Of a stretch of 53,363 nt of DNA, positions 36,173 to 47,789 are shown piece by piece; the first letter of the stretch is position 1, and each line of letters begins with the position of its first letter. A model generated the notes under the pieces. That model worked only from the letters and a program-made list of their open reading frames with translations. It was not told where the DNA came from and ran no database searches. The stretch comes from Chiloscyllium plagiosum. Its lineage: Eukaryota. Both the position numbers and the translations under genes were made by a program. The stretch is taken from contig NC_057757.1 of NCBI RefSeq assembly GCF_004010195.1, positions 8,662,789-8,716,151 on the forward strand, written 5' to 3'.

Positions 36173-36477
36173 ATTTACAAAAGGGGAAATGTGTCTCTTA
36201 GTTTTACTATCAAGTAGAAGATTCTGTGGGCGATCACTGATATACAGAGGAGTTACTACCCTGTCTTAGCTGCTGTTGGTGTCCCGGGTACGTTACACCC
36301 TAAGGATGATGTTTCATGGAGTGGAATGTAACCATATGTGTCATCTTAATTTTTGTGCCACTTTTTAGAATATTCTTCCATCAGTTTCAGCAGTGATTAG
36401 ACATGGAGGAATTCAGTTCTTCTATACAAATTCATTATAATCAGATCATTTGTGAGGCAAAAAAGCAGCCTGTTGGT

Positions 36478-36725
36478 TTATCTACCTGTCTGTCTGTCCA
36501 TCCATCTGTTTGTGCGTGTGTATTTGCGTATTTGTCTGTCTATTGATGTATCAATCCCAAAAATGCTTCTATCTATCAATTCTTTCTTTTATTATTTCTT
36601 TCTTACTCTATTTTTTCTCTCTTTCTTGCCATCTTTCCTCCTTTACTCATTCTTCCTGTCTTTCCTTCTTACTACTGCTTCTTTCAAACGTTTTCACCTT
36701 CTTTCACTCATTCTCTTTTTCTCAC
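36478..36725. repeat. Degenerate TCTG/TG/TCTT low-complexity tract in the gene 3 intron
   Basis: Pyrimidine-rich tract, positionally equivalent to the (TATC)n after gene 4 exon 1. Confidence 0.7.
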
Positions 36726-37154
36726 TAAATCTTCATTCAAAGTTTTTCTTCTCGGGCAAGATGAAAATGGGATTAAACAATAATTAATGGCAATTTATAT
36801 ACTTTATACATGACCCATTTCAATGGTACAAACCATCTAAGAGTTTCAATGGCTCATTTTGTTCCAGCATTTTTGCGCTTGTTGCAAAATTTGGCTCCAA
36901 TTTGCTAATTTATTCATTTTTAAAAGTGTTAACTTTTTGTTATAACCATGTTTCACAGATCCATGTGTTGTGGGTATACTCACCACAATTAGCTACTTAT
37001 TAAGAAATCTTAGAGCCAATCAACTACTGAAATAATAATTTAAACTTTACCAAGATCCCTAAGTAAGCAGGTCAAAGCCATGAAATCCAACTTAGCTTTT
37101 ACCCGATTCATGGTACAATCTGTCCAGGATTTCAACCAACAGTGGTCTGTCCCA

Positions 37155-37308
37155 GTCTAAGGATGTGCAGTTTTGGTAGATTGGCCTTGGGAAAGGTGGG
37201 TTCTGAGGGATCACGTAATGGAGTTGGTCTTGTTGTTATGCTGTTCGGCAGGTCAGTGTAGACTGGATGGGCCCAACAGCCTCTGTCACACAGTAGGGAT
37301 TCTGTGAT
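37155..37308 (+). mobile_element. HE1 SINE 3' half
   Basis: aaggatgtgcag..gattggcc...gtcagtgtagactggatgggcc...tagggattctgtgat. Confidence 0.65.
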
Positions 37309-38679
37309 CGGTTTCCAGTGTTCAATTCTGTGCACTGTTGTTCCTTGAAATTCTGCTGTTGAATTGTTGCGGCATTGGATTCTCATACAATTTTCTCTCT
37401 TTCAAGCTTGTGATGTCATATTGTTGATGATTCAACAGCTCCTTTCATCCCCAGCACTGATTATACTTTCAGAGACCTCAAGTCTGTCGTTCACTTTCTC
37501 ATCAGAAATAAGTCTTTTGTATCTTGTTACAGTTGAGGTTAGCTGTCTGTTTAAAACACAGCTTTTCTTGTAATTTGTGAAAAGGTTGGACGTTGATGCA
37601 AAAACACTGGAAACTACTTAAGAATTAGTATCAAATTTTTACTGGAAATAGAGCAAGAAAACATTTTTGCATTATACCTGTGCGATAAATGATCTTAGTT
37701 ATTCTCTTCTTTCACTTTAGCGTAATTTCAAATAATGACCCTGCTACTGGGAAAGTGTGGGCTTTCCAAATGTATCATTCATTAACTGGTGACTATGGCA
37801 GTGCCGAATCTACTGGTCACTATCTTTTATCTGATACTCTAACAAATTCCCATTATGTATCGCAGCGAGTTTCTATTTGTGCCTGCACTCCATGAATGCA
37901 ACATCCATGCTGTTCTGCTTTTTGCTGTCACACACTGCTTTGCCTGGTTCACGGTCATATTCAATTTTGATCGGTTTGTGACCATATGTTGCCAAACGCT
38001 GAGAAATAAACATTGCACCAAGAAAACAGCGGCTGTGGTTTTCGGAACAGTGACTGTGCTGAGTTGTTTGAAAAGTATTTTCTGGTGTTTCATATATTAC
38101 AATCGATATTAGCTTTCTGAGAGTCCATGGGTTTTGAAAATCCTCAAAATACACTTACTTCAGTTGTATGAACCATTGTTGAATTAATGCATTACATGAT
38201 AATGACATTCATTCCATTTATTTTGATTCTACTGTTAAACACATTCACAGTCATAAACATTATATTAGCCAACAGAGCTCACAGGACAGTCTGGGGTCAG
38301 ACTACTGGGGATAGTGTCAGTGACCCAGAAATGGGGAAATCCTGGAGGAAATCCATGGTCATGTTATTTATTATGTCTGGCAATTTCATCATGTTATGGA
38401 TGGTGTTCATTGCTTAATCCATATTAAAACGATTTGATTATTTGGGAACTCCAGTTCCTCTGCTAACATTTGTAAGAGAGATTAGCTTCATGTTCCAGCT
38501 CCTGACTTGCTGCACAAGCACTCAGTTACTCAGAGGAATATCAGAGAAAAGATTAAAAATGGGATAATGTATCCTTTCACAAGTTTGGTCAAAGGAACTT
38601 GATTAAACATAAGCCAACATTCAACATTAATACAACATTTCGTTTCACAATCTGTTATATTATCTGTTCAATGATTTTT

Positions 38680-39750
38680 TAGAATGATGTGAAGCCGGGG
38701 CCATTACCAGTATCAGTGTTGTGGTCCTCACTGTTCCTATTTTATATAATTGATTTAAACATTAATGTAAGAGAGTTGATCAGTGAGTTGGCAGATGAGA
38801 CAAGAATTGGTAGGGTGGTGTATAATGAGGAGGATAGCTTTACATTACAGGAAAATGTAGACCCCCGGGTAGAAGGGCATACTGCATCAAATGGAATTCA
38901 ATCGGGATCAATGTGATGTGGTCTACTTGGACAGGGCAAATAAGGCGAGAGAATGCATGATTGACAGATGGTCGGGAACAACATAGAATCAAGGTGAATG
39001 CTTCTCGATCTTTTCAGTCTCATGGCCCACTTCAATGAGACAAATAATACTATGGCACTCTAACTTTATATCAAATCTCAACGTCAGTACCAGATCCTGG
39101 GAAGCACAGGATATCAGAGAGATATTGATATGGATGATCCCTAATTCCTTAAAGTATCAGGTCAGGTGGATAAAGCATTTGAGAAGGCATATGGGATGCT
39201 TGCTTTTAAAAATCCAGAATTTGTGTTTAATAGTGTGGAGGTGATGTTGGAATTAGCTTAAACATTGGTTCGATCTTAGCTCATGTACGATGTGCAGTTC
39301 TGGAATCCACATTTTAGAAGGGATTTGATAGCACGAGAGAAGGTGGAGAGGGGAGTTACCGGGATGTTGCCTGAGCTGAAGAGTTATTTTAAAAGAGAAA
39401 TTGGACAGACCGGTGTTGTTTTCCTTAGAACAGGGGAGATTGATAGGTGATATCATTGATATGTGTCTAATTATGAGGGGCATAGGTAGAGAAGACAGAA
39501 AAAGTCTGCTTGATGAAGGGACCAATAAATTAAGTTAATGAGCAGGACGCTTACAAGAAATGTCAGTAAACATTTTTGATCCAGTGGGAATCTGAAACTC
39601 ACTGCCTGTATGTTTTCTGGAAACAGAAACCTAAATAATATTGAAGAAGTATTTAAATGTACCATTATTACGTCAAAGCACACAAGGCGATGTGCCAATG
39701 TTGGAAAATGGGTTTGGAATGGTAAAATGAACATTTAGATAAACACAGGC
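38680..39750 (+). mobile_element. Decayed CR1 ORF2 fragment
   Basis: LFLFYIIDL..ISELADETRIG (degenerate FADDT motif) in ORF 38689-38916, followed by the VQFWNPH region. Confidence 0.8.
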
Positions 39751-39759
39751 TTAAATGAA

Positions 39760-40189
39760 GCATGAGTGGGTGGGGTCATGCGCATACAGGCCCAGGGTTT
39801 TACATTGTTGCTCTCACGGGTTGAAGTTAGATTTTATGATATTGAAGCTGCTACATCTAGCTCTCTCTCTCTCTGCTGCTCTAAAAACCTTGAGTACTCT
39901 CACAGATGCTGGACAAAGGTGGGTTGGATCATTTGATGATTAACAGTTAAATAATACATTTGTTTGTTGAGTATATTGCTCGAGTTAAAGTAATGGAATT
40001 TTTTCTATTTTTATTTGTTTCTTAACTGTGATATGAGAATTAGATGTGTTTTAGTTAAAGCCTGGGAATATCACTAAATGATTCACATCTGGAATGCATC
40101 ACCTTACACTTGCCTTTAAGTAAGAGAAAAGTTCAGGTCCAGGCTATCTCTGTGATATGCTTATAGAGGGTTTGGTCTGGTCCATAACA
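39760..40189 (+). mobile_element. Partial Gypsy-type LTR (5' boundary uncertain)
   Basis: Ends gagggtttggtctggtccataaca, like the element B LTR ends. gagaaaagttcaggtc matches the reverse complement of the 10247 LTR. Confidence 0.55.
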
Positions 40190-40211
40190 AGGATTACTGA
40201 ATTGTTAAAGC

Positions 40212-43200
40212 TGTCACAAAGCTAGCCCCCTATTTTATAAAAGCCGCTCCTTGGTTTCAGAATACTCTGCCCTTGATTTTGTTTTTCAGTGGAATAAAAA
40301 ACTAGGCCAGGCTCCGATCAGACTTATTTGGTACAGAGATGAACATGATTTTGAACGGCCTTTTGTTTATATGTAAACAGATGAATACTTCAGGCCAAAG
40401 TGGTCATGTTTTAGATGCGACCTGTATAATGAAAGAGGAGTGGTCAGCTCTCTAGCTGAGCAGCTTAGTTCAGTCGAGAACTGGTTGGGAGTTAAACAGT
40501 GAGTCGTGTGGAAACTCTCGCTTCTGCCCTTCTAACTTCAACCTGTAATTTTCTGGCCCTTTTTTGTACTGTGCTTTAACGGGATTTGCTTATTGGGACT
40601 GTTATGTATATTCGGAGCAGCATACTTAAGTTTAGTTTGGATAGACTGAGTTCTGTAGGGGTTCTTTATTCTGTTCTTCGTGTTTCAATGTGCAATTTTG
40701 TTAAATTCTTTTTTTGTCTGTTTTAAACCACATAGTCAACATCACTAACTTACTCTGGGTAATTTCCACTGTGCATTTACAGAAACAAATTGCATAGTTA
40801 TGGTCAGGGATGCCTGCTTATGAATGTTTTGATTGGTCTGGCCTACTCCATCACAGATTGGGAATTCGTTGTGGAAATTTAATTCGGAGTGGTAGGTGCT
40901 AGTGTGTTGGTTTGGTTAGGTAGACAAAGCTTGGCATAGAAACGGCACTTTTAGTCACCAGACGTTTTCAGGAAGTGGATGCAGTGGCTATGGAAGCTTT
41001 CCAAAAAATGAATAAGACCAAGCTGCAGGAATTAACAGAGAAGCTGGAATTAGAACTTTCTGGCTTTCTGACCAATAGTTCAGCATTTAAACTTGCTGGA
41101 GAAAACATCAGAATGTGTAGAGATAGCAAGAATTCAATTGCAAATGAAGCAGACTGAGTTAGAGGTGAGAGATTAAGAAAAAGTGGCAGAAATGAAACAG
41201 TTTGAGCTCCGATTAAAAGCAGAAGAGACGGAAAAAGACAGTGCAGCAGAACAGAGAGAAAAAGACAGAGCAGCAGAACAGAGAAGAGAAGAGAGCAAAG
41301 ACAGAAAAAGAGAGAGCTTTTGAAGTTCAAAAACTGACACTAAAAAAGGAAAGTCAGCTTAAAAGGCTGGAGATAAAGGCTCAGGGTAGACTTAGTGAGG
41401 AAGAGAGTGAAAATAAGCAAGCCCCTGGTAGTCAGAGGCCTAGAGAGAAACTGTTTAAATATGTTCAAGTATTGATTAAATTGTATGGGACAGAGGTTGA
41501 AGCCTTTTTCATCTCATTTGTAAGTGTAGCAAAACAAATGCAAAGGCCAGTGGTAATATGGATTTGTTGATCTAAATGAAACTTGTAGGTAGGGCTGGTG
41601 AGGTATTCACATCGCTATCAGAGGAAGTATCAAGGGAGTATGAGGAGGCGAAAAAAACATATGAGCTTGTCCCAGAAGCCTACAGACAAAGCTTTAGTAA
41701 TCTAAAGAGGGAACCTGGTCAAACCGATATTGAGTTTGAAAGGAATTTTGATAAATGGATAAGAGCTTGAAAAGTCGAGCAAACTTATGGTGCCCTTAGA
41801 GAGGTAATTATTTTGGAAGAATTGAAAAAAAATCACTGCCTGAAGTAATACAAACTCACGTGGAAGAGCAGAGAGTTAAAACAGCAAGATTATCAGCTGA
41901 AGTGGCTGATGATTATGAGCTGATCCAGAAAACTCGTATGGGTTCCAGAATCAATTTTGGTCCATGAGGGATAGACATTGGGGCCAAGAGAAATCCTCCT
42001 GTGGAAAGGGAACAGTAGTTTTTAGTGAACATCATAATGATAACTTACCACAGTGTTAGGAAAAAGAAACCCTTGAGGGGGACAGTGAAGTTAAAAGGCT
42101 CCAGTGTTTGCATTGTCATAAAGTGGGCCACATGAAATCACAGTGTTGGTGGGAAAGGAGAAAGCCAGATGTATAAAAACCAGACAAGCCTGGAAATTTT
42201 GTAGGATTGATGACAAAAAGCACAAGAGAAATTAGGCAACTGCCTAAGAATGTACAAGATGTTCAGAGGTTGATTAAGGAGGAAGTGTCAGATCCACTTA
42301 AAAAATATGCATGCGAGGGTAAGGTTTATTCACATAGGCCAGGAGCAGTAGGCAAGGAAGTTACAATATTAAGGGACACAGGATCGTCTCCGTCTGTAAT
42401 GTTGAAGGATGAGGAGATATGTATTCCTGGGCGTCTATCGCCAGTAAAGGCACTGGTAACAAGAATTCATGGTGAGACAAAAAAGTACTCAGTTATGTAA
42501 AGTGAGGCTAGAGAGTCCAGAAAAGAGTAGATAATTTTTGGTAGGAGTGCTAGGCAAACTCTCAGCTCTAGGAATACAATTTGTCCTTGCAAGTCATACT
42601 GCTGATTTACTGGTGGATGTGTTTATCGAGGACTTTTCCCTGATTGTGTGATCACAGGATCACAGATGCACAAGTTGAAGCAAGGGAGATCAAAAGGCAC
42701 CGAAAAGGAAGCTGACATAGGTTTATCAGAAAATTATTTCGATCAGATAAGTGAAACAGAGAAGGAGCAAATAGGTAGACATGCAAATATATTTAGCTCT
42801 GCTAAGTTGATTGAATTACAACAGAATGATGAGAACTTAAAGCAGTTATATCGAAAGGTATTTACAAAAAAAAAAGAGTGAATGCAGCCCTGTCTGTTAT
42901 TACTTAAATATGATGTCTTAATGAGGAAATGGAGACTATCACACATTCAAGTAGATGAGAAATGGGCAGAGATTTTCAAGTTGTTTTGCCAGTAGGTTAT
43001 AGAAAGGATGTGTTGTGAGTGGTGCATGAGCTGCCACTTGGAAGTCATTTAGGGGTAAGGAAAACAAAGGCTAAAATACAAAAACATTTTTATTGGCCTC
43101 GATTGCACAAAGATGTAGTTAAATTTTACAACATACGTCATACATGTCAGCTATTCAGAACACCACAGGCAGTAATAAAACCTTTAATACGTTTTTCAGC

Positions 43201-46200
43201 ATTCAAGGAACCTTTCATAAACAAAGAGTGAGAATAAGTATTTACTAACAATAATAGATGTGATCACTAGGTTTCCAGAGGCAATCTCTTGTTGCAACAT
43301 CACAGCTAAAAGGGTTTTAAACTAATTACTTTTTTTTTACTCGATACGGACTTCCAATAGAGATCAACTTAGATCAATGATCGAACTTCACATCCAAATT
43401 ATTCAAGGATGTTATAGATTACTTAGGAATAAAGAAATTAAAATCTACTGCAGACCACCCTGAATCGCCGGGAGAGCTAGAGAGGTGGCATCAAACATTA
43501 AAGACCATGTTGAAGACTTATGGTCACTATTATCCAGATGATTGCGAGATGGGAATTTCGTTTGTGCTAATCGCGATGAGAGATGCACCAAATGAATCAA
43601 CCAAATTCAGACAATTTGCATTAACTTTTAGGCATGAAATAAGAAGACCATTAAAATTGATTAAGGAAAAAATAATAAAAAAGAATTCAGAGAACACCCA
43701 TTTGAACTATGTGCCAAATTTTAGAGAATGATGACATAGGGCTGACCAATTGGCTGGGCAGCATTTAAAAGTATCACAGCATAGAATGAAACAGGAAGCG
43801 GATAAAAGATACACAAATTCATAATTTTGCATTTGGGGATAAGCTATTGGTGTTATTTCCAGTAACAGGCGAGCCTTGAAATGCAAACTGTAGTGAACTG
43901 TATCAAAATGAAAGGAAATTGAGTGAGATAAACAGCTTTATAAGGACTCCAGATAGGAAGAAATCTTACAGAGCGTTTCTTATGAATGTGCTCAAAAGGC
44001 ATTTTGGAAGGGAAGGAAAGCAAGAGGAGAAGGTGTTAATGATTACAGCACAGAAGGAAGAACCAAGTTCAGAGGAATCTGACTTGGACATTCCTCAAGT
44101 CAAATTGGACAGTGAGGAATTTGTCAAAAATTGGGATAAATTATTGAGTTACCCTTCACAAGAAAATCGAAATGACCTGAAAGAGTTATTACTGTCACAT
44201 GGGGAAATATGCGGAAATAAACTGGGAAGCACCAACCTAATTGTGCATGATGTAGATATAGAAAATGTTGTTCTGATTAAGCATATAGGCATAACCCTCG
44301 AAAGTTGGCACAGGTTCAGAAGAAGATAGAGCTCATGCTGCAAGATGGCAAAATCAAAATGAGTTTCAATGACTGGAGCTCACTCATAGTCATGATGTGC
44401 CAAAGCCAGATGGGACCCATTGGTTATGTGTGGACTATTGAAAAGTCAATGCCATTACTAAGACTGATGCAAATCCAATTCCACGGTTAGGGGACTATGT
44501 CGAAATAGTGAGACAAGCAACTTAGCTTTCTAACTTGGACTTACTCAGAGGCTACTGGCAAGTACCTTTGTCAGAAAGACCAAAGGCGATTTCAGTTTTT
44601 GTAACGCCAAATGGACTATATCAGTTCAAATTCATGCCATTTGGTATGAAAAATGCTCCAGCTACATTTCAGCGACAGACCAATAAGATCATTGCCCGAT
44701 TACCCAAATGCTGTTGCATATTGATGACCTGGTGATTTTTAGTCACTCATGGAAGGAACATGTATGACTTTTATCAGACATTATCAATTGACTTCGGAAG
44801 GCAGACTTGGTAAACGTATCTAAAAGTGAAATTGCCAAAGTCCAAGTCACCTTCCTAGGTCATGTTATTAGACATGGACAAATGGCCCCATGAGACATAA
44901 AAATCAAAGTAATTGGGGAATTTCCCACACCATCAACAAAAAATCAGTACTATGGTTCCTGGGATTGAGTGGATTTTACCAAAGGTTTGTGCCAAACTTT
45001 AGCAGTGTGGATGCTCCAATCACTGAATTGTTAAACAAGGGCAAGAAGTTTCAGTGGGCAGCGGACTGTCAAAAGGCACCTGACAGCATAAAAACTGTGT
45101 TAACCACTGCCCCAGTATTAGCCACACAGGATTACATGATGCGTTTCAAGGTGGCTGTGATGTGGGTATCGGTGTGGTACTCCTGCAGGAGGATGGCAAA
45201 GGGGTAGAAAGACTCATCGGGTACTTTTCCAGGGAGTTGAATATTCACCAACAGAAATATTCAATGGTAGATAAAGAGACTTTAAGCTTGGTGTTGGCAT
45301 TGCATCATTTTAGTGTTTATATTACCAGCAATGCATCTGAGACATTCATATACACTGCTCATAACCTATTGACGTTTGTGGAAAAGGTCAAAGACAAAAA
45401 TGCCAGACTGTTTCGATGGAGTTTGTTGTTACAGCCATTCAATTTGGCAATGGTGCATGTGGCAGGTCACGAAAATGTGATTACCAATGTGTTATCGAGA
45501 CTTGAATCAGCTATGGATGGGGTGTGCCACACCCTTTATTTGCATGTGATTGTGCATGTTTGCATGTTTATAATTAGTATAGTATACATCTGTTTACACT
45601 ACAAAATGGGTTTTTGAAGGGTTAAAACTGAAGCCATATTTTGCTATTGATGATTCATTTTTTTTAAGGGGAGATGTGTCACATAGCTAGCCCTTTCTTT
45701 TTCAAAAAGCTGTTCCTTGGCTCAAGGATACTCTGTCCTTTTTTTTCAGAGAGGTAATAAACCAGACCGGGTCCGATTAGGCTGGTTTGGTACAGAGATC
45801 AAAAGCATTTAGATAGGCCTTTTGTTTATATGTAAACAAATGAGAATTCAGGTCAAAGTGGTCATGTTTTAGAAGTGACCTGTATAATGAAAGGGTAAGT
45901 GGTCAGCTGTCTAGCTGAGCAGTTTAGTTCAGTCCAGAACTGGGTGGGATTTCAACGGTGAGCTGTGTGGAAGCTCTCTCTCCTGCCCTTCTAACTTTAA
46001 CCTGTATCCTATGACCCTTTTTTGTACTGTGTTTTAAATGTGGTTTGCTAATTGGCAATGTTGTGTAGATTCGGTTCAGCATATATATGTCTAGTTTGGA
46101 TTGACTGAGTTTTGGAGGGGGTCCTTAATCTGTTCTTCATGTTTCATTGTGTAATTTTATGAAAAACGTTTTGCCTGTTTTAAATCTGGAAGTCAACCTT

Positions 46201-46312
46201 GCCAATTTAATCCGGGTAATTTTCACTATACACTTAATGAAACAAATTGCAAAGTTATGGTGTTTGCTGCCTACTTAAGAATGTTTTGAGTGGTCTGGCA
46301 TATTCCATAACA
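40212..46312 (+). mobile_element. Decayed full-length Gypsy LTR retrotransposon B, Gmr1-type
   Basis: LTRs 40212-40855 and 45677-46312, PPT aaggggaga. Gag YELVPEAYRQ and CLHCHKVGHMKSQC; protease ILRDTGS; integrase HELPLGSHLGVRKT..HFYWP at 43019; RT DLLRGYWQVP..MPFGMKNAPATFQR at 44535; RNase H GIGVVLLQ..KETLSLV at 45162. TSD not preserved (aagc vs catc). Confidence 0.95.
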
Positions 46313-47514
46313 CATCGTAGAAGGAGCCCATTCAGATGTTGTTTTTGTGCTGGCACTGAGAAAGAACGATTCACTTCGTGCCACTCCATCGTGTCTGTAC
46401 ATGATCCAATCCCGAATGTTTCAGTTGAATTTTCCTCCACCATTTTCTTGGACAGTGCAAACAGATAAAAACGATTAGCTTCAGGATCCGTTTTCTTTTC
46501 TTCTGCCTCTAAGCTTCCATCACCAACGATTTCATTTCATGTTGACATATTTGCAATCCTGCCATCAATGGGAGCAGTGCTTTCTCAATATTATATCAAT
46601 TTTGACTCCTCAAGATTCGGGAGACTGAACATTACCTCCTTGTTTCTCACATGCCACTGGTAATAAAGCCTTGGGTTTCCAACAACTTCATGAATGACTC
46701 TCTGCCTCCCATTCTTCTAAATGCTGTTAAATACAGGCCCACATGTACCGATGTCTTTTCATACAGTAGCCCTGCCCTCCTCGATATCAGCCTGGTGTCC
46801 ATTTGCTGGACTCCCACTTTCACCTTGAATGATAAATGTATAATCTGCTCAGGCCTTGCTTCTCCTGTAGCCCCTTTAGAATTGTCTGCTCTTTATTGTT
46901 ATGCCTCTTTGTGATCGTTGGACCAAAATGAAGCAATTGATACTTGTCACTGCCTCAGTATTTTTAAATTCCCCAGTCTCTGCTTCCTTCTGAAGAAGCT
47001 TTTTTGAGACTTTACAAATGGGAAAGGACCTGATGGCAACGGTCAAGGCAGCAGGAAGACTGGGAATGATGAACATTTGTGCAACCTCAGTGTGGGACAT
47101 CCTCCCAAATGAATGAGTGGCCCAGATCCTTTGATCCCAGTCATGGTGCAACATTGTGATGCCTGCTGCTTATGGAGAGCTACATTGGGACAACATAAGA
47201 AGAGTTGAGTTACTTTGGAGGCTGGGAATCGCCTGACACCAGATATGACTCCAGGATTGGGGCAGGGGGTTGCTGTGTGTAAACGTCGATGTTCCTGCTC
47301 AGGTCTGTCAGCATGTAACCCTATGTCACTTCCCTGCATTTCATTTGGGATTTATTAGGGGTTCCAATGATCAGAGTCAGCTCAGAAGGACAGCTCTGTT
47401 CCTTAGGAGGAGGCTCCAAACTCTCCTGTACCTCAGGCTCGCTGGTGCCCTCGGACTTCTTTTTGAAAAACATCTATTCAGGGATGAGAGTTTAATTTCC
47501 TGCCTGTCCATAAT

Positions 47515-47690
47515 TGCCCCGAGGTCCACATTGCTGTGGGGCTGGGGTCACATGTTGGCCAGGCCATGTAAGGAGGGCAGGTTCCTTCCTGAAAGTCAGT
47601 GAACCAGACATGCTTTTCCAACTATTGTCAGATTTTCATTGAATTTCCATGCCCCCATTGACTGAGACAGAATTCGAGCCCAGGTGCAGA
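47515..47690 (-). mobile_element. Deu-domain SINE remnant
   Basis: ccacattgctgtggggctggggtcacatgttggccaggcc..aaggagggcaggttccttcc..agtgaaccaga. Confidence 0.6.
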
Positions 47691-47789
47691 TTGAAATAAT
47701 TCTACAAGGCTGGTATCTTATCTCCAAGTCTTCCTTTATTTCCAGGTTCTTGGTAACCTGACCCTAGTCCAGCTTCTCCCAGAGTGTAC

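Larger units (their letters stand above)
36173..38602 (+). pseudogene. GPR139-like gene 3 pseudogene (exon 1 about 36173-36287; exon 2 about 37721-38602)
   Basis: Exon 1 has ATT where gene 4 has ATG, TAG at 36215, then WAITDIQRSYYPVLAAVGVP and G|gtacgt. Exon 2 has GKCGLSKC, CNIHAVLLF, FDRF and SGNFIMLW, with stops at 37783, 37840, 38110 and 38415 and frameshifts near 38130-38185 and 38523. Confidence 0.93.

Noticed and set aside
36452..36787. Hydrophobic 111-aa membrane protein ORF (similarly 11212-11475 and 40968-41330)
   Set aside because: Translation of T/C-rich low-complexity sequence or the antisense of an A/G-rich gag region.
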